Assembly: GCA_965207455.1 (NCBI GenBank)
Contig: CBDBMJ010000001.1
Coordinates: forward strand, 864,001-928,000
Source of the DNA: Bdellovibrionota bacterium
Lineage (GTDB): Bacteria > Bdellovibrionota > UBA1018 > CAIPTA01 > JAALKR01
Reading direction: 5' to 3'
DNA: 64,000 nucleotides
Shown in pieces: positions 44,310 through 53,435 of this stretch (positions are counted from its first letter, which is position 1; every line of letters starts with the position of its first letter). The notes below the pieces were generated by a model. The model worked only from the letters and a program-made list of their open reading frames with translations. It was not told where the DNA came from and did not search any database. Both the position numbers and the translations under genes were made by a program.

Positions 44310-45875
44310 CTATTGGACTGCTCCACTATCCCGATAGCGACGTAGTTCTAAAAAAGAGTCCCCCAAATGGGCAGTCAAATCACTAGCAGTCATGGCCCGA
44401 TGGCCTAATTCCTTAGCTGCGTGTTTTCCAGCCAAGCTGTGGATATATACACCCAAACAAACAGCTTCTACCGTATTTATTTCTTGGCCCAATAAGCCTC
44501 CCAACATCCCTGCCAACACATCTCCACTGCCCGCCGTAGCCATACCGTCATTAGGATAGTGATTGAGGAAAATTTTATCATCAGTGGTGCCAATAAACGT
44601 GCAAGCTCCCTTAAGTAAGGTAACCGTATTCGTATCTCTCACAACTGTTCTCACAGACTCTATGGGATTGGATCTTACCGTTTCCATATCCACACCCATC
44701 ATCCTTGCCATCTCTCCCAAGTGAGGCGTAAGAACGGTGGGTCCCTTTCGAGATGAGAGTTCCTTTTTTAGTTCCTCATTTGCCAAAAGATTAATTCCAT
44801 CGGCATCAATCACAAGAGGGCCATTATAGTAATGCATAAGTTTCTTTAAAAGTGTTTGGGCTTCCTTGGAAGTTCCTAAACCCGGACCTATTACGATGGA
44901 AGAAAAATTATTTATTTCCTGACGTTGTTTTATATAATCCTTTCCTTCTATCTGAAAAGGAGTAATCATAATTTCATCATCCATACGATTCATTAAGCTG
45001 TCGCAACAATCCTGCCAAGTACTTACCGTCACCAATCCTGTTCCCATACGCAAACAAGATCGGGCAGCCATGCAAATAGCTCCCAAACGACCCGGACTAC
45101 CTCCAATTAAAAGACAATGACCAAAGGAATTTTTATGACCATAACGATCTCGAAACTTTAATAAAGAAGCCACACTACTTTCCTCCAAAGACCAAATGGA
45201 ACCTTCTTTGTGAAAGACTCGAGGAAAAGAAATATCTGCAACTTCTAATGATCCCCGATAAAATGCTCCAGGAGAAATATAATGACCAAGCTTGGGAAAC
45301 TCAAATGCAATGGTCATGTCTGCATCTATACACTGTCCCACCACAGCACCTGTATTTCCATCCACTCCTGTGGGAATATCTAAAGCAATAACATAGTTGG
45401 CTCGTTTGTTAATAATATCCACCACATCCGCATAGAGTCCCGCTAGCGGTCCTCGAAAACCTGTACCCAAAAGACCATCTACGGCAATAAATGGACCAAT
45501 ACTACTCCCAAAAAATTCATCTAAAGGCTCTATGTTTTCCAGTATCACGGGCCAAACTCTCTCTTTTAAAAGAATATTGAGATTTGTTCTCGCTGTACCC
45601 TTATAAGCATCTTCGCTATGGAGAAGAAAAAGACGTATGCTTTTACCCATTTTTAAAAGGTGACGAGCGACAACTAAAGCATCTCCTCCATTTCTCCCCT
45701 TTCCTGCTAGGATGAGTATGTCCGAGTTCACCATTGTCTGCTCCTGATGTTTTTTTGCTATAATTTTTGCTGCCTGAGATCCTGCATTTTCCATCAATAC
45801 AATAGATGGAATTTCAAACTCCTCTGTTGCTCTACGATCCAACTCCTGCATTTCTTCATTCGTAACAACTCTCAT
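44310..45875 (-). CDS. nnr: Bifunctional NAD(P)H-hydrate epimerase/dehydratase
   Basis: LMENAG, GKGRNGGDALV, DIPTG, HKNSFG, IGPGLG, LTPHLGE, MATAGSGDVLAG. Confidence 0.95.
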   Translation of the reverse strand: MRVVTNEEMQELDRRATEEFEIPSIVLMENAGSQAAKIIAKKHQEQTMVNSDILILAGKGRNGGDALVVARHLLKMGKSIRLFLLHSEDAYKGTARTNLNILLKERVWPVILENIEPLDEFFGSSIGPFIAVDGLLGTGFRGPLAGLYADVVDIINKRANYVIALDIPTGVDGNTGAVVGQCIDADMTIAFEFPKLGHYISPGAFYRGSLEVADISFPRVFHKEGSIWSLEESSVASLLKFRDRYGHKNSFGHCLLIGGSPGRLGAICMAARSCLRMGTGLVTVSTWQDCCDSLMNRMDDEIMITPFQIEGKDYIKQRQEINNFSSIVIGPGLGTSKEAQTLLKKLMHYYNGPLVIDADGINLLANEELKKELSSRKGPTVLTPHLGEMARMMGVDMETVRSNPIESVRTVVRDTNTVTLLKGACTFIGTTDDKIFLNHYPNDGMATAGSGDVLAGMLGGLLGQEINTVEAVCLGVYIHSLAGKHAAKELGHRAMTASDLTAHLGDSFLELRRYRDSGAVQ

Positions 45876-46261
45876 ACCTTACCTCCAAGTAAAATCACAC
45901 TAGCAATAGCAAAACCACTATCATGGGACAAACTCAATGCAATTTCCTTGCCCCCTTTAGCAGAAAATAACTCTTTGGCTTGGCCAGAAATCTCTAACGT
46001 GGGCGCCCCATTGGAGTCATGATTCACTTCAACCTCCACTAAATTTCCCACTGTGCCTAGATTCATACCCATGGCCTTGGAGAAAGCTTCTTTTGCAGCA
46101 AAACGTGCAGCAAAGTGCTGATCTGGATTTACCTTCTTTGCACAATAGGCTCGCTCTCTTTTTGAAAACACCCGTGTTTCAAAATTCTCTCCTTGACGAA
46201 CCCTCACCTCTCCCAAGCGTTGTGTGCTTACTAAATCAATGCCATGACCTAATAGTTCCAT
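45872..46261 (-). CDS. acpS: Holo-[acyl-carrier-protein] synthase
   Basis: GHGIDLV, AARFAAKEAFSKA, GAP, LSLSHD. Confidence 0.95.
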   Translation of the reverse strand: MELLGHGIDLVSTQRLGEVRVRQGENFETRVFSKRERAYCAKKVNPDQHFAARFAAKEAFSKAMGMNLGTVGNLVEVEVNHDSNGAPTLEISGQAKELFSAKGGKEIALSLSHDSGFAIASVILLGGKV

Positions 46262-46269
46262 AAAATCTC

Positions 46270-47670
46270 CTACAATGCATTACCAGTAGCCGTTGAAAAA
46301 GCATGGGCTATTTGCTGACAATATTTATGAACTTCCTCTCTGTCCTCTCCCTCTACCATAATACGAAATAAAAGTTCAGTGCCAGAGTAGCGCACAAATA
46401 CGCGTCCCCTTCCCTTTAAGTTTTTTTCTACTAATTGAATTGCCACAGAAACTTCCGGAATATCCTTTAATGGGATTTTTTCCTTTACATTTATATACTG
46501 AAATGCTTGGGGTAATAAAGAAATTTGAGATTTTAGTTCAGAAAGAGATTTTTTTTCTTTTTTCATAATTTCCAATACTTTAAGTGCAGCCAGGAGTCCA
46601 TCACCAGTAGTGGCAAAATCTTGAAAAATAATATGCCCGGATTGCTCTCCTCCCAAACTATACCCATGAGTGCGCATACATTCCGTCACATACCGGTCTC
46701 CCACGGGAGTGCGCACCACTGCTATGCCTTTCTTCTTTAAACTTAACTCCAAACCCATATTAGACATGGGAGTACACACCAGCGTACTCAGTTTTCCTTG
46801 CTTAGCAAGCTCTAGGGCACAAATTCCCATTATTTGATCCCCGTCTACCTTTTCTCCCTTTTCGTCGCAAAGAATTACCCGATCCGCATCTCCATCCAAA
46901 GAAATACCAATTTCTGCTCCAGAATCTAGCACCGCTTGGGCCGCTACTTGAGGATACAAAGCACCACTATTGGCGTTAATGTTTGTGCCATTGGGAGACA
47001 CTCCCAACTCAATTACCTCAGCGCCCAGTTCCCTTAACAACAGGGGAGCGAGTTTATAAGCAGCCCCGTTAGCACAATCCAACACCACGGTTGTATTATA
47101 CAAGTCGAAATCCATGGGTACAGTGGATTTTAAAAGAATAAGATAACGCCCAAGAGCATCATCAATACGAACAGCTCTTCCAATATCTCCATAAGTGGGA
47201 AGGGATTGATCTTTAGAGTGAAGAGGTTCAGAAGAAAGCACTAACGATTCAATCTCTTTTTCCAACTCATCGGGAAGCTTACATCCGTTATAATCAAAAA
47301 TTTTAATGCCGTTATCTTCATAGGAATTATGGGAAGCACTGATCATGATCCCTGCATCTGCGCGCATGCTTTGCACGAGAAATGCCACTCCCGGTGTGGG
47401 CAACGGACCCAGTAATAAAACATCGGCTCCCATAGAACAAATGCCACTGGTTAAGGCCTGCTCCAACATATAACAAGAAATTCTCGTATCTTTTCCAATG
47501 ATCACACGAGGATGGGGATAGGTAGTTCGTTGCTTCCATCCACTTCGCTTCAAAAGAACCTGAGCCATGGCTGCGCCCACCTGCATAGCCACATCAGCAC
47601 ATATGGGGTATCGATTTGCCATGCCACGAATACCATCTGTTCCAAATAATTTTCTATCCACTGTGCTCAC
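46270..47670 (-). CDS. glmM: Phosphoglucosamine mutase
   Basis: FGTDGIRG, GKDTRIS, ISASHN, DGDADR, GGEQSGH, RYSGTE. Confidence 0.96.
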   Translation of the reverse strand: MSTVDRKLFGTDGIRGMANRYPICADVAMQVGAAMAQVLLKRSGWKQRTTYPHPRVIIGKDTRISCYMLEQALTSGICSMGADVLLLGPLPTPGVAFLVQSMRADAGIMISASHNSYEDNGIKIFDYNGCKLPDELEKEIESLVLSSEPLHSKDQSLPTYGDIGRAVRIDDALGRYLILLKSTVPMDFDLYNTTVVLDCANGAAYKLAPLLLRELGAEVIELGVSPNGTNINANSGALYPQVAAQAVLDSGAEIGISLDGDADRVILCDEKGEKVDGDQIMGICALELAKQGKLSTLVCTPMSNMGLELSLKKKGIAVVRTPVGDRYVTECMRTHGYSLGGEQSGHIIFQDFATTGDGLLAALKVLEIMKKEKKSLSELKSQISLLPQAFQYINVKEKIPLKDIPEVSVAIQLVEKNLKGRGRVFVRYSGTELLFRIMVEGEDREEVHKYCQQIAHAFSTATGNAL

Positions 47671-47672
47671 AG

Positions 47673-48569
47673 TTACTCCAATGTTATTTTTACCTGAGAT
47701 GGGACAACTCGAACTAATTTTATCCCTCGGGGCAATTTTACTTTTACTTGTCTCAAATGCTCTCCAGCAGATAAACCTCTTACATCCACCTCAGCTAATA
47801 TTTCTTTAGATTTAATTGCATTAATAACTTTTTTAGAGCCACGAACATAGAGCGCTACTTTTTTTATACTTATCGTATACTCTCCATCTGCTAAAACCTG
47901 CAATGGTACACCAGCAATACGAAATTTCGATCCCTTGGGCTCCACTTCTATAATAATTTTAGGAGATACTTCCTCATCAAAAGAAACACCAGGTATGGAA
48001 ATTTTTATGGGAACTTCCCAACGAAAACTAGGATCGACATTGGAAATATCCACTGGCTCCGGGCGAAGCACTTTAATTTTTTCTATACGAGAACGTGGAC
48101 CACGAATACGAACTTTTGAGGGCGAAGGTAATAGTTTTAAAAGACGAAGATCCGACGGGAGTGTATTCGTTGTATTCACTTCCACAGGAACAGTTTTATA
48201 CTTTACAGACTCAATCATGGGATAAATTCGAGAAGGACTGATGGATAGTACTTTTACGCCAATGGGAAGTCGTAATATATCACTACTAATATTATAGTAT
48301 GTGGGTCCCTCTTTTGCGTCCGTAAGATCTAAGCGCAAAACATCTAAAGAATTCGTAATAGTGCGTAGAAAAAATTTCGACCCAGATAAACGAACCGTTA
48401 TTTTATTGGTAACATCATTGGAAACCATTAAATTAGGAGCCGTATCTAATACAAGTTTTATTTCTTTGGAAACCTCTATACCACTGGAACTCAAAACAAA
48501 AAACCAAAGAGCAATAGCCATTACAATAGATATAAACTTCCAAGTAAAATTATAAAAAATAAATCCCAT
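47673..48569 (-). CDS. cdaR: CdaR/YbbR-domain protein (diadenylate cyclase regulator)
   Basis: N-terminal TM (KFISIVMAIALWFFV), repeated YbbR-like units (VRLSG, PSKVRIRGP, VPSQVKI); lies between cdaA and glmM; alternative start 48605. Confidence 0.85.
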   Translation of the reverse strand: MGFIFYNFTWKFISIVMAIALWFFVLSSSGIEVSKEIKLVLDTAPNLMVSNDVTNKITVRLSGSKFFLRTITNSLDVLRLDLTDAKEGPTYYNISSDILRLPIGVKVLSISPSRIYPMIESVKYKTVPVEVNTTNTLPSDLRLLKLLPSPSKVRIRGPRSRIEKIKVLRPEPVDISNVDPSFRWEVPIKISIPGVSFDEEVSPKIIIEVEPKGSKFRIAGVPLQVLADGEYTISIKKVALYVRGSKKVINAIKSKEILAEVDVRGLSAGEHLRQVKVKLPRGIKLVRVVPSQVKITLE

Positions 48570-48573
48570 TTGA

Positions 48574-49374
48574 CTATTTTGCTCCCACAGTAGTTTGCTT
48601 TTCAAATTCCATAAGATCCAATATAATGGTAAGACTTTTATTTAACTCTTCCTCTGAGAGAGAACCCGTTAGTCTTCCACCCTTCACTAAATAAATTTCG
48701 CCAGTTTCCTCACTAACCAGCACCACAATAGCATCCGTATCCTCAGTTAAACCTATGGCTGCACGGTGACGAGTTCCATATTTCTTCTCCACATGAGGAT
48801 TCTTTGTGAGTGGTAAAAAACAACCAGCAGCCGCTATTTTTCCATCTTTTATAATAATGGCACCGTCATGAATAGGAGAACTTGGAATAAAAATGGAATA
48901 AATAAGCTCAGATCGCACTTTAGCATCTAGGGGAGAACCTGAATCAATAAAGTTTTTTAAACCCGTCTCCCTTTCTATTACAATTAAAGCTCCCATACGA
49001 TCATCAGCCATACGAAAGGCTGCCTTACATATCTCCTTCACCACAACACGATCTACTTTCCCTAAGCCGGGTGTTAAAAAAGAAGTGGTTCCCACATAAG
49101 CCAAAGCTCTACGCAAATGGTCTTGGAATAATACAATGACAATAATAAATAAGTTGTCGAAGAAACTGCCCAAAAGCCAGTGGATCGCAAACAGATTAAA
49201 GTAATTGGAAAGCACATAAAATAGACTTAAAAAAAACAGACCTGTGATCATTTGCACGGCATAAGTACCACGCATGATGGTGAGCATACGGTAAATAACC
49301 AATGCCACAAGAATAATATCCACAAAGTCTTGCAGACGAAAACCTGTGATAATATTGCTAAAAAGCTCTAACAA
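48574..49374 (-). CDS. cdaA: Membrane diadenylate cyclase CdaA/DacA
   Basis: Three N-terminal TM helices, GALIVIER, HDGA and GTRHRAA catalytic motifs, VSEETG. Confidence 0.95.
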   Translation of the reverse strand: MLELFSNIITGFRLQDFVDIILVALVIYRMLTIMRGTYAVQMITGLFFLSLFYVLSNYFNLFAIHWLLGSFFDNLFIIVIVLFQDHLRRALAYVGTTSFLTPGLGKVDRVVVKEICKAAFRMADDRMGALIVIERETGLKNFIDSGSPLDAKVRSELIYSIFIPSSPIHDGAIIIKDGKIAAAGCFLPLTKNPHVEKKYGTRHRAAIGLTEDTDAIVVLVSEETGEIYLVKGGRLTGSLSEEELNKSLTIILDLMEFEKQTTVGAK

Positions 49375-49392
49375 TGCCCATAACCTCGCTTT

Positions 49393-51372
49393 TTATACCG
49401 TAACTGGTGAGGTACCTGCAAGGGACTGCCCCTGTACGCCACCCTTGTTACTATCTGTAGAAGACTCCGCATTATCTGGCACGTTAGAAGAACCAGGATC
49501 CTCTGCCTTAGGGGAAAGTTTCTCACCATTCATTAACTTTTGAATTTGATTTTTATCTAAAACCTCATACTCCAGTAGAGCGTTTGCCATGGCATGAAGT
49601 ATATCCACACTAGATAATAATAAATCCTTGGCCCTACGATAGTTCAGTTCCATTATTTCACGAATTTCCTGATCAATAAGTTGAGCTGTTTTTTCTGAAT
49701 AGGACGCAGCCTGATTGATCTCCCTACCAATAAATATTTCTTCTCTTTTCTTCCCTAAACTGATAGGCCCTAGGCGCTCACTCATTCCCCACTCACAAAC
49801 CATCTTCTTCGCTAAGTCGGTGGCTCGCTCAATATCATTTCCTGCCCCCGTTGTCTTATGATCAAAGATTATTTCTTCTGCAGCCCTTCCTCCCATTAAA
49901 AAACAAATCATATTTTCCGTACGACCCCGAGAGTAAGATAAATGATCTTCATTGGGAAGCGTCTGGGTAAGACCAAGGGCCATACCCCTGGGAATAATTG
50001 TTACTTTGTGAATTGGATCTGTTCCAGGAAGATTCCAACCCACAATTGTGTGACCCGACTCATGGTAAGCCGTATTTCTCTTTTCCTCATCACTAATGAT
50101 CATGGATTTGCGTTCCGCTCCCATAAGAACTTTATCCTTGGCTTCCTCAAAATCTTCCATTTCTAAATGTTTCTTATTTTTTCTTGCTGCCATAAGAGCT
50201 GCTTCATTTACTAAATTCTCCAAATCTGCACCACTGAAACCTGGTGTTCCCCGGGCAATTATATTTAAATCCACACCTTTCTTCACCACGGTACGCTTGG
50301 TGTGTACATTTAAAATAGCCTCACGCCCACGAACATCGGGTTTATTTACCACTACCCTACGGTCAAAACGACCCGGTCGTAATAACGCCACATCTAGAAC
50401 ATCGGGACGATTGGTGGCTGCCACTAAAATAACTCCTTCGTTGGACTCGAAACCATCCATCTCCACCAATAACTGATTGAGGGTTTGCTCCCTCTCATCG
50501 TGACCCCCACCAATGCCAGCTCCACGCTGCCTCCCCACGGCATCAATTTCATCAATAAAAATAATACAGGGAGCTTGTCGCTTGCCCTGCTCAAAAAGAT
50601 CTCGTACACGAGAGGCACCCACACCCACAAACATCTCCACAAAATCAGAACCAGCAATACTGAAAAAAGGCACTTTTGCTTCCCCTGCAATGGCACGAGC
50701 AAGAAGAGTCTTTCCCGTCCCCGGTGCGCCAATAAGTAAAACACCTTTGGGAATCCGCCCTCCCAAACGGGTAAACTTTTTCCTGTCTTTTAGAAATTCT
50801 ATAATTTCCATTAACTCTTCCTTTGCTTCTTTAATGCCAGCCACATCTTTAAACGTAATCTTTTTACTATTCTCATTAAGAAGACGTGCCCGGGACTTGC
50901 CAAAACTCATGGCCTTTCCACCACCTAACTGCAACTGGCGCATAAAGAATATGAAAAGAAATACAAGAAGTAAAATAGGAAACCAGGACAGGAGCGCCTG
51001 CTGCCAAAATGGTGTTTTCTTAGCCTTCTTAAACTCCCAAGATATTTGGTGCTTTTCTAAAAGAATGGGTAGGTTGGAGTCGCTCGCATTACCCGTGGTT
51101 GTAAATTCTTTCTTGTCGTTGATGGGAACCTTATAGGTTCCATCAATACGGTCGTCCTTATTCACCGTTACTGTGGCAATTTTTCCTGCCTTCACTTCTG
51201 CAATAAAGTCGCTATAGCGAATCGTATTATCCCCAGGCCCCTCCTGATGAAAGACCTGATAAATTACGGCAAACATAAGAAGCAACACGAGCCATAGGGC
51301 TAGGGTCTTATGGGACTGCTTCATTGGCTGTAGGGGGTTTTTTTTGGGTTTTCGTGTCTTGGGAGAGGGCAT
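49393..51372 (-). CDS. ftsH: ATP-dependent zinc metalloprotease FtsH
   Basis: Two TM helices, [29 protein letters not shown]; start placed at ATG 51372 after AAGGA (track extends it to 51459). Confidence 0.97.
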   Translation of the reverse strand: MPSPKTRKPKKNPLQPMKQSHKTLALWLVLLLMFAVIYQVFHQEGPGDNTIRYSDFIAEVKAGKIATVTVNKDDRIDGTYKVPINDKKEFTTTGNASDSNLPILLEKHQISWEFKKAKKTPFWQQALLSWFPILLLVFLFIFFMRQLQLGGGKAMSFGKSRARLLNENSKKITFKDVAGIKEAKEELMEIIEFLKDRKKFTRLGGRIPKGVLLIGAPGTGKTLLARAIAGEAKVPFFSIAGSDFVEMFVGVGASRVRDLFEQGKRQAPCIIFIDEIDAVGRQRGAGIGGGHDEREQTLNQLLVEMDGFESNEGVILVAATNRPDVLDVALLRPGRFDRRVVVNKPDVRGREAILNVHTKRTVVKKGVDLNIIARGTPGFSGADLENLVNEAALMAARKNKKHLEMEDFEEAKDKVLMGAERKSMIISDEEKRNTAYHESGHTIVGWNLPGTDPIHKVTIIPRGMALGLTQTLPNEDHLSYSRGRTENMICFLMGGRAAEEIIFDHKTTGAGNDIERATDLAKKMVCEWGMSERLGPISLGKKREEIFIGREINQAASYSEKTAQLIDQEIREIMELNYRRAKDLLLSSVDILHAMANALLEYEVLDKNQIQKLMNGEKLSPKAEDPGSSNVPDNAESSTDSNKGGVQGQSLAGTSPVTV

Positions 51373-51575
51373 TTTTCCATCCTTTTCTTTACTATTTAGA
51401 ACCTTGATTTCTTGAGAAAATAATAGCAGTTTTCTTGTTGTGATGGTAAGCGTTATCATGAAAGAAACGTTTGATTATTAAGAGTTCTTGCATAATTGTT
51501 AGCATTTGACGTATTTTTACAACAAAGAAAGGAATTTATCCATATGAAAGTAGGCAGCGATAAAACAACCATACA

Positions 51576-52787
51576 ATGTCCATAAAAACGCCCATTTACC
51601 TCGACAACCACGCCACCACCCCCACCGATCCAGCGGTTGTGGCCGCTATGCTCCCCTATTTTACTCAAAATTTCGGAAATCCTCAGTCCACGACCCATAT
51701 TTTTGGCTGGAAGGCAGAAGCTGCTGTGAATATGGCCCGGGAGCAGGTGGCTCAGCTGATTGGGTCCACTCCCCAGGAAATTATCTTTACTAGTGGGGCC
51801 ACAGAAAGCAATAATCTTGCCCTGCTAGGAGCTGCTCAAGCCGCAAATAGCCCGGGGCATATTATTAGCTCTGCCACAGAACACAGTGCCGTACTCAATA
51901 CACTCCATGAACTCCAAAGAAGAAATTTCAGGGTCACCCTACTGGGCACCGACCAATATGGGCAAATCCCCATAGATGCAATCCGAAATGCCATAGAAAA
52001 AGACACCATTCTCTTTTCCTTTATGGCTGCGAACAACGAGGTGGGCACTTTCCATAGAATTAACGAAATAGGCAAGCTTGCCAAAGAGAGATCTATTATT
52101 TTTCATTGCGACGCTGCCCAAGGCGTAGGCAAAATGAACCTCCATGTGGAAAATGATTCCATTGATCTGCTTTCCCTCTCTGGGCACAAAATCTATGGCC
52201 CTAAGGGTGTTGGGGCTCTGTATGTTCGCAGAAAAAATCCACGAGTAGAGTTAAAGCCCATTACTTTTGGAGGGGGACAGGAACGCAACCTTCGTTCAGG
52301 AACGCTCAATGTGCCCGGTATTGTTGGTCTAGGTACTGCGTGTGCGCTTATGCAAAGTAAGGGCAAGGATGACGCTCAGAGAGTCCGACAATTACGGGAT
52401 AGCCTAGAAAACCACTTGCTGGAGAATATTCCTGAACTCATTGTTAATGGTCATCCTAAAGAACGACTCTATAATAATCTCAATATTTCTGTGCCCCATG
52501 TGGAAGGAGAAAGCCTCTTAGTTGCTCTCAAGGAGATAGCCTTCTCTGGAGGATCTGCTTGCCAATCTCAGAAAGATCATCAATCCCATGTACTCCAAGC
52601 ACTGGGTAAGGAATCGGACATAGTCAGATCCAGTATGCGCTTTGGATTGGGTAGGTTCACCACAAAAGAGGAAATAGACAGAGCAAAAACCCTACTTTGC
52701 ACCGTAATTCCTGACCTCCAAAAAAATTCAGCCTTATACCAAGTTCGTAAAAAAAACACAATCACAAAGATAGGAGTATATCTATGA
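51576..52787 (+). CDS. iscS: Cysteine desulfurase IscS
   Basis: PIYLDNHATTP, FTSGATESNN, SGHKIYGPKGVGALYVRR, RSGTLNV, SGGSAC. Confidence 0.93.
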   Translation: MSIKTPIYLDNHATTPTDPAVVAAMLPYFTQNFGNPQSTTHIFGWKAEAAVNMAREQVAQLIGSTPQEIIFTSGATESNNLALLGAAQAANSPGHIISSATEHSAVLNTLHELQRRNFRVTLLGTDQYGQIPIDAIRNAIEKDTILFSFMAANNEVGTFHRINEIGKLAKERSIIFHCDAAQGVGKMNLHVENDSIDLLSLSGHKIYGPKGVGALYVRRKNPRVELKPITFGGGQERNLRSGTLNVPGIVGLGTACALMQSKGKDDAQRVRQLRDSLENHLLENIPELIVNGHPKERLYNNLNISVPHVEGESLLVALKEIAFSGGSACQSQKDHQSHVLQALGKESDIVRSSMRFGLGRFTTKEEIDRAKTLLCTVIPDLQKNSALYQVRKKNTITKIGVYL

Positions 52788-53107
52788 TCACGCTTACCGC
52801 ATCGGCAATCACTCAGCTAAAAAACATACAAGTAAATGAAAAAAAAGAAAACTGTTTCCTTCGCGTCCGTGTAGTTGGAGGAGGATGTAGTGGAATGAGC
52901 TACAAATTAAATTTTGATGATACCATGGGAGATAAAGAGAAAATATTTGATCAGGAAGGAATAAAAGTAGTGGTAGACCCCAAAAGTTATTTGTATATTA
53001 AGGGAATGACTCTTGATTTCTCCTCTGGACTCAATGGAAAGGGTTTTGAATTCCATAACAAAAATGCGAAAAAAAGCTGCGGTTGTGGAGCTTCTTTTTC
53101 TGTCTAA
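52784..53107 (+). CDS. iscA: Fe-S cluster A-type carrier (IscA/ErpA)
   Basis: GGGCSGMSY and SCGCGASF motifs. Confidence 0.92.
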   Translation: MITLTASAITQLKNIQVNEKKENCFLRVRVVGGGCSGMSYKLNFDDTMGDKEKIFDQEGIKVVVDPKSYLYIKGMTLDFSSGLNGKGFEFHNKNAKKSCGCGASFSV

Positions 53108-53138
53108 ATCACCATAAATTTTTAAAGGAGAAGTAAAA

Positions 53139-53429
53139 ATGAAGCTCAAGTTCACTCCAGAAAACAAAGAAGCAAATCTCACCCTAGGCGATTCCATCCT
53201 AGAGCACGCTGAAATTTCCAGCGTAAGCCTCAACCACAGCTGTGGAGGAAACTGCTGCTGTTCCACCTGCCACGTCTACATTATAAAAGGAATGGAACAC
53301 CTCTCTAAACAAGAAGAAGATGAAATAAGCCTCCTAGAAACTGCCTCAGGATTCAAAAAAAATAGCCGCCTAGCTTGCCAAACACGGATACTCCAAGAAG
53401 GTGCCATCGAAGTAGAAGTTCCCGAATAG
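53139..53429 (+). CDS. fdx: 2Fe-2S ferredoxin (ISC/adrenodoxin type)
   Basis: HSCGGNCCCSTCHV and SRLACQ; AAAGGAG RBS. Confidence 0.92.
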   Translation: MKLKFTPENKEANLTLGDSILEHAEISSVSLNHSCGGNCCCSTCHVYIIKGMEHLSKQEEDEISLLETASGFKKNSRLACQTRILQEGAIEVEVPE

Positions 53430-53435
53430 GGAGAA

